Source: Escherichia phage vB_EcoM_WL-3
Direction: 5' to 3' (one strand)
Length of the DNA stretch: 64,000 nt
Sequence record: MT968995.1
Shown here piece after piece: positions 1 to 10,469 of the stretch. Every line of letters starts with the position of its first letter. Position 1 is the stretch's first letter. The notes under the pieces are model-generated. The model saw only the letters and a list, made by a program, of their open reading frames with translations, was not told the DNA's origin and made no database searches. Both the position numbers and the translations under genes were made by a program.

Positions 1-11
1 AATTTTCCTTA

Positions 12-2189
12 TTAGGCCGCAAGGGCCTTCATAGTTTTAGCGATTTGGGAAACTTCATCATCACTTAAAGAGTTGCGATAACCGATGAAGTCGGAAACAA
101 TACGGAATTTCTTGGTAAACTCAGCAACCATTTTATCACTGTTTTTTGAAGCATTATTTGATAATACATCAAAAAGATTAGTTACTGTCCAGATGTCATG
201 ACCGATGGTATCTTTTCCACCGTTGAAATATACACCCTGTAATGAACTAACCATATTAGCGAGTCGTGTATATTCTTCAGAAACTTCATCTACACTGAAG
301 TACTTCATCATAAAATCTAACTCAGGATACTTGATAATTTTATCAATATATCGTTTAGCTGAACTTGAATAACCTACATACTTATCATAATCTACATCAT
401 CAAAAGCATCTACATATAAATCACGCAGAGTTTCAAAAATACATTGGCACTGACCAAGTTCTTTTACCTTTTTCTGTAAAAGCGGACGAATAACATAAAA
501 TTCATTAATGCCAATAAGATTAGCCATACGAATCAAAATATTCGTAGATGGATGACAAAGCGATGTAGTACCATCCATAGAGAAAATATCAGAACGATGC
601 ATGTATGCTACATAACCAGTAATTTCATCTGCTTCTGATGTGAGCGTAAACAATTCCTCTTTTTCCCAGTGCCCGTCTTTAATTTCAAACTTAAATGCAG
701 TGGCAGTTTTAGGACGAGGAGCTGTACTTTTTACTGCCTTTGGAATATAACTTTTAACTAAAGCTTCAATTTCTGACAAATAATGAATGTTAACTTCATC
801 ACTTTCAAACATTGCCATAATATCAGGGAGTAAATCAATCTGTGATTCTACTTCCGGATTAATAAACAGAAGCCGCTCATTGTGATGAATATTTAAGGTG
901 TTATTAAATTCACTATCATCTAACGCGCGTGCTAATCCACGGACAATATTAACACGATTTTTAGTATTATCAATAACAATATTAATTTTTGTCGTATTAA
1001 TACCAAACAGACGATAACTTGATGCAACGGCTGAAGTTTCATGGCTTTGCTTAATGCGTTTCAGTCGAGGGTCAAGATTTACTTCATACACAACTCCTGC
1101 ATTGCATAACTTACTGTCAGGTTCAAACATACTCTGCATCTTTTTATATGACAGATTTTTAGTCGTGAATTTGACTGAATTGCTAATCATATAATCTCGA
1201 GCAGAATACCCCATCTTCATCAATTCACGGTATGTATGACGAGGAGATGTAGATTCTTTAAATCGTTTTACATCTTCATTAAACGCTTTCTCACTGAGCT
1301 CTTTAACACGCTCAATAATATTTTTACGAGTACGATCATCTAGCGAAAGAGCTTCGCGTGATGGAGCAATATCAAGTGAACCCATTGGAAACTTAATGTA
1401 ATTCACTTCATTGCGAATGCTTAACCAGTTACGGTCTCTAATAACACCATCGATAGGATAAACAATACCGCCATAGATAGCGTACAATCCACCACGATCT
1501 GGCCAGTATCTTTCTGGATTTACACCGTAATAGTCATCAAAATCCGGAAAATAATCAATTTCGCGGTCAAGACCATTAATAATAGCCAAATCTTTGAATG
1601 GTCGCATGATATAAGAAACTTCATAAGCAAAGTTTCTAAAGTCTTTTTCTTCAACTGGAACTACGATTTCAATACCAGTTTTATCATCTGGACCCATTTC
1701 TTTTACGAATGTAGGTTTAATCTGCGGACCATCACCATCCATGTAAGCTACATAACCGCGAATTTCACCTTTATGATATGAAGTAATACTAAATGTATCA
1801 GTATAACTAAACGGAGATTTAGAACCTAAACCAAATCCACCAATGAAATCGTTAGATTCAGCCTTAGATGAACTAAAGTATGAATTATACAACCCAGGAG
1901 AATTATCATCACCCTGAATATCAAAATCGCTCATACCCGGACCAAAATCTCGGCAAACAAATCGCGGATCTAATCGTCCTGGAACTTGAATGATAAATTT
2001 TTCAGGATTTCCATTGAGAGCATGGGCATCAATCATGTTGGTAATCAATTCACGGACTACTGCGCGAATCTTGTTTGTATACAAATCAGATGACAGAATT
2101 TTAAATACTTTAGGAGATGCTGTGATGCTAAATGCTTTTGATTTAGAACCATTGCCAAGAATTGTTTCTTTTTCAGTGGTGATAATCAT
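12..2189 (-). CDS. rIIA: rIIA protein (membrane-associated; rapid-lysis / exclusion-sensitivity locus)
   Basis: 725-aa ORF starting [14 protein letters not shown]; length and coordinates match T4 rIIA from recall; begins the collinear T4 gene order. Confidence 0.9.
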   Translation of the reverse strand: MIITTEKETILGNGSKSKAFSITASPKVFKILSSDLYTNKIRAVVRELITNMIDAHALNGNPEKFIIQVPGRLDPRFVCRDFGPGMSDFDIQGDDNSPGLYNSYFSSSKAESNDFIGGFGLGSKSPFSYTDTFSITSYHKGEIRGYVAYMDGDGPQIKPTFVKEMGPDDKTGIEIVVPVEEKDFRNFAYEVSYIMRPFKDLAIINGLDREIDYFPDFDDYYGVNPERYWPDRGGLYAIYGGIVYPIDGVIRDRNWLSIRNEVNYIKFPMGSLDIAPSREALSLDDRTRKNIIERVKELSEKAFNEDVKRFKESTSPRHTYRELMKMGYSARDYMISNSVKFTTKNLSYKKMQSMFEPDSKLCNAGVVYEVNLDPRLKRIKQSHETSAVASSYRLFGINTTKINIVIDNTKNRVNIVRGLARALDDSEFNNTLNIHHNERLLFINPEVESQIDLLPDIMAMFESDEVNIHYLSEIEALVKSYIPKAVKSTAPRPKTATAFKFEIKDGHWEKEELFTLTSEADEITGYVAYMHRSDIFSMDGTTSLCHPSTNILIRMANLIGINEFYVIRPLLQKKVKELGQCQCIFETLRDLYVDAFDDVDYDKYVGYSSSAKRYIDKIIKYPELDFMMKYFSVDEVSEEYTRLANMVSSLQGVYFNGGKDTIGHDIWTVTNLFDVLSNNASKNSDKMVAEFTKKFRIVSDFIGYRNSLSDDEVSQIAKTMKALAA

Positions 2190-2199
2190 AATTTCCTCA

Positions 2200-2403
2200 T
2201 TAATTCATATTGCGTTTAATAACTTCAGCAACTTCTAGTAGTTCATCTTTAGTTGCGGTGTCGGATTGAATTTTATCTCTAATATCCTTAAAGCGGTTTT
2301 TAAACTCTTCGGCTTCTCCCATATCGAAAAAGCGTTGAATGATTCTATATTCTCGATGAACTGCTTTATCAAAAAGTTCTAAATTTACTCTGTATGATTT
2401 CAT
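2200..2403 (-). CDS. rIIA.1: small conserved protein rIIA.1
   Basis: 67-aa ORF immediately upstream of rIIA on the same strand, as in T4. Confidence 0.6.
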   Translation of the reverse strand: MKSYRVNLELFDKAVHREYRIIQRFFDMGEAEEFKNRFKDIRDKIQSDTATKDELLEVAEVIKRNMN

Positions 2404-2424
2404 TTCAATGTCCTCATTTGCCCA

Positions 2425-2460
2425 ATTAATTATACCACATCCTTGTGGTAAAGTAAACTA
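2425..2460 (-). promoter_or_regulatory. early promoter (GTTTAC, ~16-nt spacer, TGGTATAAT) upstream of rIIA.1
   Basis: minus strand reads GTTTACTTTACCACAAGGATGTGGTATAAT; nearly the same motif recurs at 46655-46690. Confidence 0.55.
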
Positions 2461-4278
2461 CTGGCTCATCCATTCTTTACGAAGATCAGCATTATCTCCC
2501 ATAAGCATTTCAAAAAGCTCTTTCCAGTTCTCAGGAAGTTTAACAACGTCATAAACTGGGTTCTGAATCATTTCACGGTATTCAGATTTTTCCAAAGAGC
2601 CAAGTCCCTTAATATAACGGATGCTATGTTTAGGTAGAGCATCTTTGGCACTCTCATATTCAGCGACTGTATAAAACCATTCTTGTTTTTTACCGACCTG
2701 AGCAATGATTACAGGAGTTTTGACAAAGCGAATTCTTCCTTGTTCAAACAGTTCTGGCCAATTACTAAAAAATCCGAGCAGAGAAGGATAAATGCTTCCT
2801 AGACCATCATGGTCGGCATCGGTCATAATTGCAATATTATGATAATTCAAGTTTTCGGCTTTTTCACCAAGAACTAATCCAGTGATTGCGCAAATATCAA
2901 ACAGTTCTTTGTTTTTAAGCATATCAGCATAAGACATACCCCAACTGTTGAGAACTTTACCGCGCAATGGATAACCGCCATGAAGTTCTTTATCACGAAC
3001 ATCAATAAGATATCCGATAGCAGAATCTCCCTCAGTCAAGAAAAGAGTAGTATCAGCATCTTTACCACAAAGATTCGCTTTGATATGTTTATGAACCTTA
3101 GCTTTAGAGGCCTTTTTAGCTGCTTTAGTTTCTGCTGCCTTTTCTGCCGCCAATTTACGAGCCAAGGCAGCTTCAATAATTGGCATTAAAATTGCTTCAT
3201 TATTCAAAATAGCACGTGAAATCTTTTTAGCATCAAGCTGAATATGACTACGGATTTCACCAAATGGAGAAGTCAGACGCTCTTTAGTTTGAGAATCAAA
3301 TCGCATGTTTTTCATATCACGAACAAACATAACGATAGTCAAACATTCTTTAACACGTGCTTTAGTTACATCAATTTTGAACTTGCGTTTGATTTGTGGA
3401 ATAAGGTCTTCACAAATATCATCCATAACACAGTCAATGTGATGGCCACCATTCTTAGTATGAATGTTATTGACGTACGTTAATTGACGAAAACCATCCG
3501 GTGAACGACCAACCGCAATAGAACAGTTTTCTTGTTCTTGAACGATGGTGTGTTCATCATATTGGCGTGCATATTTCTTAAAATTACCCTGAACCTTTTT
3601 ACCATTAAAGGTAAATTGAATATCAGGATAAACTACTGCAAGTGTCTGGAGACGATCTAGTGTAATGTCAAGATAAACTTGAGATAGCTCATTAGTTTCA
3701 AATGACATAAAATCGGGAATGAAAGTAACGCGAGTTCCTTTCCATTTTCCAGGAATATCTTCCCACGATTTATTTTCCATGCCGTTTGAACAACGAACTA
3801 CAATATTATTTTGACCGTCGCCAGTTTCACCGACAAACATCACAGAAAAAATGTTAGTTAAACTAGAACCAACACCATTCATACCACCGGTGACGCGTTC
3901 TTTATCATCACCAAAGTTACCACCTGCTTTTGGAATAGTCCAGGCAGCAACTGGACCAGGAATTTCTTCACCAGTAGGTGTTTTAACCATCGCCTGTGGA
4001 ATACCACGACCGTTATCTTCAACTGTTACTTGATTGTTTTTGATAGTAACATTAATTTTATTTGCGAATTTAAACTTAGTACGAATACCTTCATCTACTG
4101 AGTTATCGATAATTTCATCAATAAGCTTAACAAGACCAGGTACATACTGAACACTTTCCCATTTACCAAACAGAAAGCGCTCATGCATTTCATTAGCAGA
4201 AGAACCAATGTACATGCCGCTACGCTTTTTGATATGTTCAATATCGCTCAGAATTTTAATTTCATTCTTAATCATCAC
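2458..4278 (-). CDS. 39: DNA topoisomerase II large (ATPase, GyrB-like) subunit, unsplit form
   Basis: 606-aa continuous ORF; T4 has this function split into genes 39 and 60; continuous form as reported for T2/T6-like phages (recall). Confidence 0.85.
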   Translation of the reverse strand: MMIKNEIKILSDIEHIKKRSGMYIGSSANEMHERFLFGKWESVQYVPGLVKLIDEIIDNSVDEGIRTKFKFANKINVTIKNNQVTVEDNGRGIPQAMVKTPTGEEIPGPVAAWTIPKAGGNFGDDKERVTGGMNGVGSSLTNIFSVMFVGETGDGQNNIVVRCSNGMENKSWEDIPGKWKGTRVTFIPDFMSFETNELSQVYLDITLDRLQTLAVVYPDIQFTFNGKKVQGNFKKYARQYDEHTIVQEQENCSIAVGRSPDGFRQLTYVNNIHTKNGGHHIDCVMDDICEDLIPQIKRKFKIDVTKARVKECLTIVMFVRDMKNMRFDSQTKERLTSPFGEIRSHIQLDAKKISRAILNNEAILMPIIEAALARKLAAEKAAETKAAKKASKAKVHKHIKANLCGKDADTTLFLTEGDSAIGYLIDVRDKELHGGYPLRGKVLNSWGMSYADMLKNKELFDICAITGLVLGEKAENLNYHNIAIMTDADHDGLGSIYPSLLGFFSNWPELFEQGRIRFVKTPVIIAQVGKKQEWFYTVAEYESAKDALPKHSIRYIKGLGSLEKSEYREMIQNPVYDVVKLPENWKELFEMLMGDNADLRKEWMSQ

Positions 4279-4325
4279 TTATCCTCGTTTGGTTTCGGGA
4301 ATATTATACTCCGGTAATCATAAAG

Positions 4326-4347
4326 CTAAAGGCCCGAAGGCCTTTTA
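4326..4347 (-). terminator. tetraloop hairpin (AAAGGCC-CGAA-GGCCTTT) directly after the lipoprotein gene stop
   Basis: perfect 7-bp GC-rich stem with 4-nt loop, T/A-rich flanks. Confidence 0.5.
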
Positions 4348-4617
4348 TTTAAAACGGATAGTCGAATCCTTGAAGAATAGACCAGAACATACTGTTCCTT
4401 CTACTTTCTGCCCGGTAGGTCCAATAGCACGAAATCCAGTGTGTTGGAAATCATTTTCAGAGCAACCAAACCAATTGTATCCAGTGATTTCAATATTAGT
4501 AAACCCACTTGAAGACAAAACTTTGGTTGCATTATCAGCATCAGTACATCCTACTAAAGATACTGCTAATACTAATGCTGCGATAGAACGATTAACATAT
4601 TTCATAATTTCACTCAA
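4345..4617 (-). CDS. predicted lipoprotein (signal peptide with LVGC lipobox)
   Basis: N-terminus MSEIMKYVNRSIAALVLAVSLVGCTD; occupies the T4 39.1 position. Confidence 0.55.
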   Translation of the reverse strand: MSEIMKYVNRSIAALVLAVSLVGCTDADNATKVLSSSGFTNIEITGYNWFGCSENDFQHTGFRAIGPTGQKVEGTVCSGLFFKDSTIRFK

Positions 4618-4981
4618 ATTTAATGGCTTGAAGAAGACTAATAATTCTCAAGCGGCTTCTTTCATCTTTAACTGTAAAAGAAAGAGGGTCGCCAGATTTC
4701 ATAGTGATAGTGCATTCAAAATCAAAATCTTCAGGAACTTCTTCGAAGAAGTCAAATTCTTCATCATAAATTAGAACATTACTCTGAAAACTATGAAGAA
4801 TTTTTCCATCATTTCCAGATGCTGTACTAATCATTGTAACATTATGGCCTTTCATATCTTCAACGATAAATTCACTTGTAGATATTACGGCATTAATAGA
4901 ACCATTCCTATAAATAGAAGAAAATAGATATTTCTTTTCTTCACCTTCGCGAACACGATATTTCTTACCAATTTTAAACAT
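4610..4981 (-). CDS. hypothetical protein (123 aa)
   Basis: ORF in track, same-strand packing with overlap to the neighbouring gene. Confidence 0.5.
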   Translation of the reverse strand: MFKIGKKYRVREGEEKKYLFSSIYRNGSINAVISTSEFIVEDMKGHNVTMISTASGNDGKILHSFQSNVLIYDEEFDFFEEVPEDFDFECTITMKSGDPLSFTVKDERSRLRIISLLQAIKFE

Positions 4982-4983
4982 AA

Positions 4984-5160
4984 TTACCCTTTAAGTAAGT
5001 CGTAAAATCCACCATTCACATGCTTAGGAGCAGAAGGCCGACGAGTAGACAAACGATGACATTTAGGGCAAACATCATTTTCTCGTTCAGAAATCTTTTT
5101 AATTTTTTCATATTCATGCCCGCAATCTTCGGATTGGCATTTATAATCATACATTGGCAT
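4984..5160 (-). CDS. FmdB-like zinc-ribbon protein (58 aa)
   Basis: hand-translated MPMYDYKCQSEDCGHEYEKIKKISERENDVCPKCHRL...; CxxC...CPxC pattern; fills the gap between flanking genes; missed by the 60-aa track cutoff. Confidence 0.5.
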   Translation of the reverse strand: MPMYDYKCQSEDCGHEYEKIKKISERENDVCPKCHRLSTRRPSAPKHVNGGFYDLLKG

Positions 5161-5162
5161 AA

Positions 5163-5582
5163 TTATTCCTTAAAGTGTGCTTTCAACATCTGATACAAGG
5201 ACCATGCTTGTTCATTATTTTCAATAGTAACTTTCATTACCGGGAATTCTGTGAAATCTTCTATTTGTTCTTGCTCTTCCTGCTCTTGTTCTTCGGCTGC
5301 CTGGTATGGATTTTCCACTTCATCAAAGAACCCAGCTTCGTTAGTAGAGAGCCAGATAAAGTTTTCGTCAAGGATATCAGCGCCGGCACAACGTTTGAGT
5401 ACACCTGTGGATGTCACAATTTTAGTAGGACGCCCAAGATAATCAGCATCTAAAATTTTAAAAGGTTCCATACCTAAACGTCGTGCATAGATTCCGTTAT
5501 CAGTATGGTCTTTAATAAAATTTTCTTGAGCTTGTTTATTTTTAAATTGATACCATTTATTAACTTCAAATTTAATAGCCAT
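5163..5582 (-). CDS. hypothetical protein with acidic [10 protein letters not shown] tract (possibly goF-like)
   Basis: 139-aa ORF at the position and size expected for T4 goF; sequence identity not verifiable from memory. Confidence 0.45.
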   Translation of the reverse strand: MAIKFEVNKWYQFKNKQAQENFIKDHTDNGIYARRLGMEPFKILDADYLGRPTKIVTSTGVLKRCAGADILDENFIWLSTNEAGFFDEVENPYQAAEEQEQEEQEQIEDFTEFPVMKVTIENNEQAWSLYQMLKAHFKE

Positions 5583-5797
5583 TAATAAATTTCCTTCCAG
5601 TAAGTTGTGCCATCCTCAGTAATTTCACGAAATACACCGTAAATTGGTTGTTTATCACCAACCTTTTCATACACATAAACCGAAGTCAAGTGAGTAAACT
5701 TAACGGTATGTTCTTTTTGAACTACTACCAAATCTGGATCGAATAATACATCTTCAAATTCGTCATTAGTGCAGTTCTGAACAATTTTACGTTTCAT
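5582..5797 (-). CDS. hypothetical protein (71 aa; possibly cef-like)
   Basis: size and position match T4 cef; ATGA overlap with the upstream gene. Confidence 0.4.
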   Translation of the reverse strand: MKRKIVQNCTNDEFEDVLFDPDLVVVQKEHTVKFTHLTSVYVYEKVGDKQPIYGVFREITEDGTTYWKEIY

Positions 5798-5810
5798 TAC
5801 AATTTCCTCA

Positions 5811-6092
5811 TTAATTGAACAGTGGAGCGATGCGTTTCAGAAGAGTAGCAGCACCTTTGGCAAATTTTACATCATGAAAAACAGTTTCTTCTTCCGTTAC
5901 AACACGAACTTTAATGTTTTCACAATCCCAATTTTTACGAACAATCTTCAAAAGCTGCAGTAAATCTTTACATTCTGCAATATCGATAACACATCCACGA
6001 GAATCTTCCATTATCGCACGATAACCATAAGCCATACCATAATCGTTGAAAGATTGTTCGATGATAATTAAGTTTTCCATTTTATTCTCCAA
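5811..6092 (-). CDS. hypothetical protein (93 aa)
   Basis: ORF in track with consistent strand and packing. Confidence 0.45.
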   Translation of the reverse strand: MENKMENLIIIEQSFNDYGMAYGYRAIMEDSRGCVIDIAECKDLLQLLKIVRKNWDCENIKVRVVTEEETVFHDVKFAKGAATLLKRIAPLFN

Positions 6093-6117
6093 GTTGTTTT
6101 CTGTATCAGTAGTTGAT

Positions 6118-6180
6118 ATTGATATAGTACCATAATCAACTACTGATGTATATAGTTTTATGAAAAAATTTTAAATTTTA
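6118..6180 (-). promoter_or_regulatory. early promoter-like element with A/T UP element
   Basis: TGGTACTAT -10-like motif on the minus strand followed by an A/T tract; diverged member of the repeat family seen at 24421, 49621 and 51061. Confidence 0.4.
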
Positions 6181-6669
6181 TGCATAGCGGGCTTTGCTAT
6201 AGTGTTTAATCCAACTTTCGGGAATGACTTTGTATGTTCCTAAAAATACTGCGTTGTACAACTTAACGCCATCTTCTACCCATTGATCGGTAATGTATGC
6301 ACACATAGCGCGGGTACGGTGAACAACCCCTTCCTCACCTTCGGTAAATTCGAATTCACAAGGAGCAACGAACTTAATAGCCTGACCGAGTTTCCACTTA
6401 AAGTCTACACCTACATGCGAAGTATCAATCGTTTCAATTCCTTTAGCGGGAACAGCTTTCAAAAACGCAGATTCAAGAAATTTCGCACGAACATAGCCAA
6501 ACTGAGGTTTAGACTTTCCATCTTTAGGAATGATACGCACTTTTACTTCAGAATCTTCATCTTTAACGCCATGTTTAAGCTGAATGCTTACAATTTCAAC
6601 CAATTTTCCTGCTGCTTTAGAACGGGATTTATCAGATACACGAGCAATTTCACCAATATTAATAATCAT
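6178..6669 (-). CDS. hypothetical protein at the T4 motB position (163 aa)
   Basis: size (T4 MotB is ~162 aa) and synteny upstream of dexA; no motif recognised. Confidence 0.45.
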   Translation of the reverse strand: MIINIGEIARVSDKSRSKAAGKLVEIVSIQLKHGVKDEDSEVKVRIIPKDGKSKPQFGYVRAKFLESAFLKAVPAKGIETIDTSHVGVDFKWKLGQAIKFVAPCEFEFTEGEEGVVHRTRAMCAYITDQWVEDGVKLYNAVFLGTYKVIPESWIKHYSKARYA

Positions 6670-6709
6670 AGCTATTTCTCACTTGTTAAAAAGATTTTAT
6701 ACTCCACAG

Positions 6710-6745
6710 GACCATTATACTCTGGTCCCAAGAGTTTGTAAACTT
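6710..6745 (-). promoter_or_regulatory. early promoter (GTTTAC ... GTATAAT)
   Basis: minus strand GTTTACAAACTCTTGGGACCAGAGTATAAT; intergenic region upstream of the motB-position gene. Confidence 0.5.
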
Positions 6746-6799
6746 AATTTAATTCACTAAACGATAAATTTCATTTTTATTATCCTCAGTAGCTATGGT

Positions 6800-6835
6800 G
6801 GTATAATACCACAACTAACCGAGGAAGTAAACAAC
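6800..6835 (-). promoter_or_regulatory. early promoter (GTTTAC ... TGGTATTAT)
   Basis: minus strand GTTTACTTCCTCGGTTAGTTGTGGTATTAT; second of two tandem promoters in this intergenic region. Confidence 0.5.
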
Positions 6836-6838
6836 TTT

Positions 6839-7522
6839 TTATCGTTTTGTTGGAAGAGACAGAGGATCGCACTCTTCCTCTGACGGAGCATCTTCAAGAC
6901 CCATAGCATATCGCAAAGCATACTTCATCATCAGGATGTCTTTCGCACAGTCATGAATAGAATCATGTGCAACGAATCCATCTAAAGTTCCCTTTGGAAG
7001 AGGACATGTGGTCATATCACGAACAAGAAGAAGTGCTTCAATTCTGGTACGAATATCACGCTGATTCCAGAATTTACATGGTTCTAACTTAAACGTGTCA
7101 AGCTCATTCTCGGAAACGCCGTTAAGACGTTGAATATCGCGAATGAGATCGACTAAAATTGGAAAATCAAACGACATTCCACGGCACCAACCCTGAGATT
7201 TCCAAGGATCGATATTATGCGCATTGATGTAATCATTAAATTTTACAATACCATCGATAGTGCTTACATCTTCATCTGATGGCGCAATATTTTTTCGAGC
7301 TTCAGGAGACTGATTTTTCCACCATTCGATAGTGCTTTTAGTAAAAAGACGATGTCCTTTTTGGCTTTTTAAATCAAACTTGATTTTAATGCCGCGTGAA
7401 ACTAATTCATCGAATGTTTCAACTACTTCTGGATTAGGGTCAAAGGCAATAACAGCCAAATCAATAACAGCTGCCTTTTCACCGCTTCCCATTGTTTCAA
7501 AATCTATAATAAAATCAAACAT
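6839..7522 (-). CDS. dexA: exonuclease A (DnaQ-like 3-prime to 5-prime exonuclease)
   Basis: 227 aa, starts MFDFIIDFETMG (DEDD exonuclease motif I); size and position as T4 DexA. Confidence 0.85.
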   Translation of the reverse strand: MFDFIIDFETMGSGEKAAVIDLAVIAFDPNPEVVETFDELVSRGIKIKFDLKSQKGHRLFTKSTIEWWKNQSPEARKNIAPSDEDVSTIDGIVKFNDYINAHNIDPWKSQGWCRGMSFDFPILVDLIRDIQRLNGVSENELDTFKLEPCKFWNQRDIRTRIEALLLVRDMTTCPLPKGTLDGFVAHDSIHDCAKDILMMKYALRYAMGLEDAPSEEECDPLSLPTKR

Positions 7523-7797
7523 TAAATTTTCCTCGCTAAATCACGAATTTGACCTACAGTATAATCTTGGATATAAACTTTATTAATGGGCTCATCAATA
7601 AATTTTGCCATAGATTCAATATCTTTTTGTATCTCTTCAAGACTGTATACTATCTTTAAAGCTTTTTCGCGAATAGTAACATTATCAAGTCCTGAATTTT
7701 CTTGAATGACAGCTTTAACATTTGCCATAAGAGATTTAAACTGATGCAAACTTAATTCAATCATTAATAACCGCCTTATAAAGATGGCTAATTTCAC
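7522..7797 (-). CDS. hypothetical protein (dexA.1 position)
   Basis: 91-aa ORF, synteny. Confidence 0.45.
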   Translation of the reverse strand: MKLAIFIRRLLMIELSLHQFKSLMANVKAVIQENSGLDNVTIREKALKIVYSLEEIQKDIESMAKFIDEPINKVYIQDYTVGQIRDLARKI

Positions 7798-8002
7798 CTA
7801 AAACATAATCACTGATTGTAACAGTTTTCACTTCACCGCAAAAGAATTCTAATGCAATCAAATCTCGTTCAATTTCTTCCAATTGAAGCATTAACTTTCC
7901 CGATTCAATTTTCACGTTTTTGCGATTTTTACTATAAGCTATTTCATAAATTTCGCTCACTTTATCTTGAAGTAGATAAAACTGGTCTTTAGTTATTTCC
8001 AC
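7757..8002 (-). CDS. hypothetical protein (dexA.2 position)
   Basis: 81-aa ORF, synteny. Confidence 0.45.
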   Translation of the reverse strand: MEITKDQFYLLQDKVSEIYEIAYSKNRKNVKIESGKLMLQLEEIERDLIALEFFCGEVKTVTISDYVLGEISHLYKAVIND

Positions 8003-8023
8003 GAATAGCTTCCTCGAATTTAA

Positions 8024-9343
8024 TCATACGTAAAACACATCATAACGACCACGAGTGACACCAACATAAAGAAGCTGCTGAGCTAGTTCAGCATCTGCAT
8101 AATGGATACAAGGCGTATAGATAAAAGCACGGTCTACAGACATGCCCTGAGCTTTATGGAATGTTGATGCAGGAAGTGCTTTCACTTTACTAAACTGCGA
8201 TTTAGCATCCCAAAAATCACTCCACGGAGCTTTTCCACCTTTATTCCAATTTTTATAAGTTTCTGCCGTTTTACCTAAAAATAAGTTAAACTTATACAGC
8301 TCTTCATCAGATGAAATTATTTTAATCTTTTCACGATAATATTCATCATCGCCGTAAGTTTCTACTGTTAAATCCCAATGACGAATTAGATATTCTCCAG
8401 AAACACCACGAGCTTTAACAAACGTCGATGTATACTCTGCTTCTATAATACGAACTAATTGTCCATTATTAAAAATAATTTCTGACACAGGCTTTCCATC
8501 AATTTTATATGTTTTAATTAATGGTTCCTGCATTACAATAATTTCACCAACGATAAAATCTTTATCAGTTTCAAAAATCTTTTTGCGAATAATGCTATTT
8601 AACTTATCAACAGATTTATTCGTAAATGCCATTACACGATTTTCAAACAAATCATCTAGTGATTTTACGATTGAAAAATAATTTACCATAAAATCGCGTA
8701 AAGCGGTATCACCAGTAAATCCACGTACTCCATGCCCGTCAACAACTTTATCATAAATCCACTTACCGTTGCGAACATCAGTAGCTACATCAATAATAGG
8801 AGCATTACTGCGTTTAACTTCAGTGAGTTCACACTGATAAAAATCTTTGTGCGTAAAGAATGGACTGATATAAGCAGTGTTTTCTCCTGGGTCAACAGGT
8901 CTAATTTGCTTATTATCGCCTATTCCAATTATAGTACACCAAGGTGGAATAGTTGAAAGCAGAATTTTAAATAGCTTTCTATCGTGCATTGACACTTCGT
9001 CGCAGATTAATACTCTGCATTTAGCCAAATCCGGTACTTCTTTTTGTTCAAAAAGAACGTTTTCTTCGTATGTTACTGGGTTAATTTTGAGAATACTGTG
9101 AATAGTACTTGCTTCTTTCCCTGACAGTTTTGAAAGAATCTTTTTAGCTGCATGTGTAGGAGCTGCTAAAATAATTCCAGTTTCGCCCGTAGATATTAAA
9201 GCTTCAATGATGAACTTAGTAAGAGTAGTCTTACCAGTACCAGCAGGTCCATTAATAGTTACATGATGTTTCTTTTCTTTGATAGCCCTCATAACGATGT
9301 TAAAGGCATTTTTCTGGCCTTCGGTCAAATCATCAAATGTCAT
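8024..9343 (-). CDS. dda: Dda DNA helicase (SF1B)
   Basis: 439 aa; Walker A GPAGTGKTT; size and position as T4 Dda. Confidence 0.9.
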   Translation of the reverse strand: MTFDDLTEGQKNAFNIVMRAIKEKKHHVTINGPAGTGKTTLTKFIIEALISTGETGIILAAPTHAAKKILSKLSGKEASTIHSILKINPVTYEENVLFEQKEVPDLAKCRVLICDEVSMHDRKLFKILLSTIPPWCTIIGIGDNKQIRPVDPGENTAYISPFFTHKDFYQCELTEVKRSNAPIIDVATDVRNGKWIYDKVVDGHGVRGFTGDTALRDFMVNYFSIVKSLDDLFENRVMAFTNKSVDKLNSIIRKKIFETDKDFIVGEIIVMQEPLIKTYKIDGKPVSEIIFNNGQLVRIIEAEYTSTFVKARGVSGEYLIRHWDLTVETYGDDEYYREKIKIISSDEELYKFNLFLGKTAETYKNWNKGGKAPWSDFWDAKSQFSKVKALPASTFHKAQGMSVDRAFIYTPCIHYADAELAQQLLYVGVTRGRYDVFYV

Positions 9344-9651
9344 CGTAAATTCCCTGCAATTGGTATACTAACAATACGCCCAGTATCTAAAATTCGCCGA
9401 TATAATCTTTGTGTGTCTACATCAGGCTTAACATGTTTAACTTCTATTTTATTAAACCAAAACTTGCGTGGAGTCTCAACTAATCTCGGAATTCCCATAC
9501 CTAAAGCTAGTTGATACTGCTCTTTAAGAGTTGTAAATACTTTATCAGCAATCTCCCTTTCAAAAAATATAGCAGGACGATGTTCATCAAGAGGAACAGG
9601 CACCGCAAATCCATCTTTATCTCTATACACTATCGCATATACATAAAACAT
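9340..9651 (-). CDS. hypothetical protein (dda.1 position)
   Basis: 103-aa ORF with ATGA overlap to dda. Confidence 0.45.
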   Translation of the reverse strand: MFYVYAIVYRDKDGFAVPVPLDEHRPAIFFEREIADKVFTTLKEQYQLALGMGIPRLVETPRKFWFNKIEVKHVKPDVDTQRLYRRILDTGRIVSIPIAGNLR

Positions 9652-9652
9652 A

Positions 9653-10399
9653 TTATCCTCGGATAAGTTTAAAAATTGAACAATTTAGCGGGTATCCTCT
9701 TTTCAGTTTAAGTTTATCAATAAAAGACAAGTTTTGATACCGCTCTACACCTTGAATAATTTTATCACACATATCATATTGCATTTCTGCTTCTGACAAC
9801 TTTTTCACAGTTTTCCAATCCGAGCCTTTAAGAAGAACGTTCAATTTAACAACTTCAGCGCCTTCTGCTATACGAGAACCATCAATACGAGCTTTGAGTG
9901 CTATAATCATTAGCTTAATGTCAGATGTTTGTTTTGATTTAGAAAGCTGAGAAATGTGCTCAATTCGGTTTTCACGTTTTTTCTGTATAGCTTTAATTTG
10001 ATTATAAGTCTTTTTGATTTTAGCCCATTTCTTTTCATCTAAATTTAGTTTATGAACTTTTTTCGCAGATGAACGACCAATTCGCAAAGCAAATAAATCA
10101 CGCTTTTCAATCAACTCTTCTAAAGTATAATCAGAACGAAATGTATTATACTTTTTCTTTACTGCAATAACATTCCCTTTAATGTATCCAACGTTATTAT
10201 CAAAACGTTCTAACGATAATTTCTCTCCTTCAATACGATTATCAAAAGGTTCTCCTGAGTAAGCGCAAACTTTCTGATCTAAAATGTTCTTAATGTAATT
10301 GAAGTCTAAGTTAAAATCTTTAGAACGTCTTTTGGCAGATGCCTGAGTATGCTCTAGACGACGTTTAATTTTACGAATTTGATTTTTAGACAGTTTCAT
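9653..10399 (-). CDS. srd: Srd-like protein (T4 srd position)
   Basis: 248-aa basic protein; synteny between dda.1 and modA; sequence not independently verified. Confidence 0.5.
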   Translation of the reverse strand: MKLSKNQIRKIKRRLEHTQASAKRRSKDFNLDFNYIKNILDQKVCAYSGEPFDNRIEGEKLSLERFDNNVGYIKGNVIAVKKKYNTFRSDYTLEELIEKRDLFALRIGRSSAKKVHKLNLDEKKWAKIKKTYNQIKAIQKKRENRIEHISQLSKSKQTSDIKLMIIALKARIDGSRIAEGAEVVKLNVLLKGSDWKTVKKLSEAEMQYDMCDKIIQGVERYQNLSFIDKLKLKRGYPLNCSIFKLIRG

Positions 10400-10426
10400 A
10401 TTTTTCTCACGGACGGGTTAACTACT

Positions 10427-10462
10427 TATACTATAACATTTTTACTTCAGCTTGTAAACAAC
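10427..10462 (-). promoter_or_regulatory. early promoter upstream of srd
   Basis: minus strand GTTTACAAGCTGAAGTAAAAATGTTATAGTAT. Confidence 0.5.
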
Positions 10463-10469
10463 TTTATGA

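Noticed and set aside
4208-4774. 188-aa plus-strand ORF in the track
   Set aside because: Entirely antisense to the minus-strand lipoprotein and 123-aa genes, with no SD and no intergenic space of its own; AT-rich antisense frames commonly stay open by chance.
6283-6741. 152-aa plus-strand ORF
   Set aside because: Antisense to the motB-position gene and running through the tandem minus-strand promoters.
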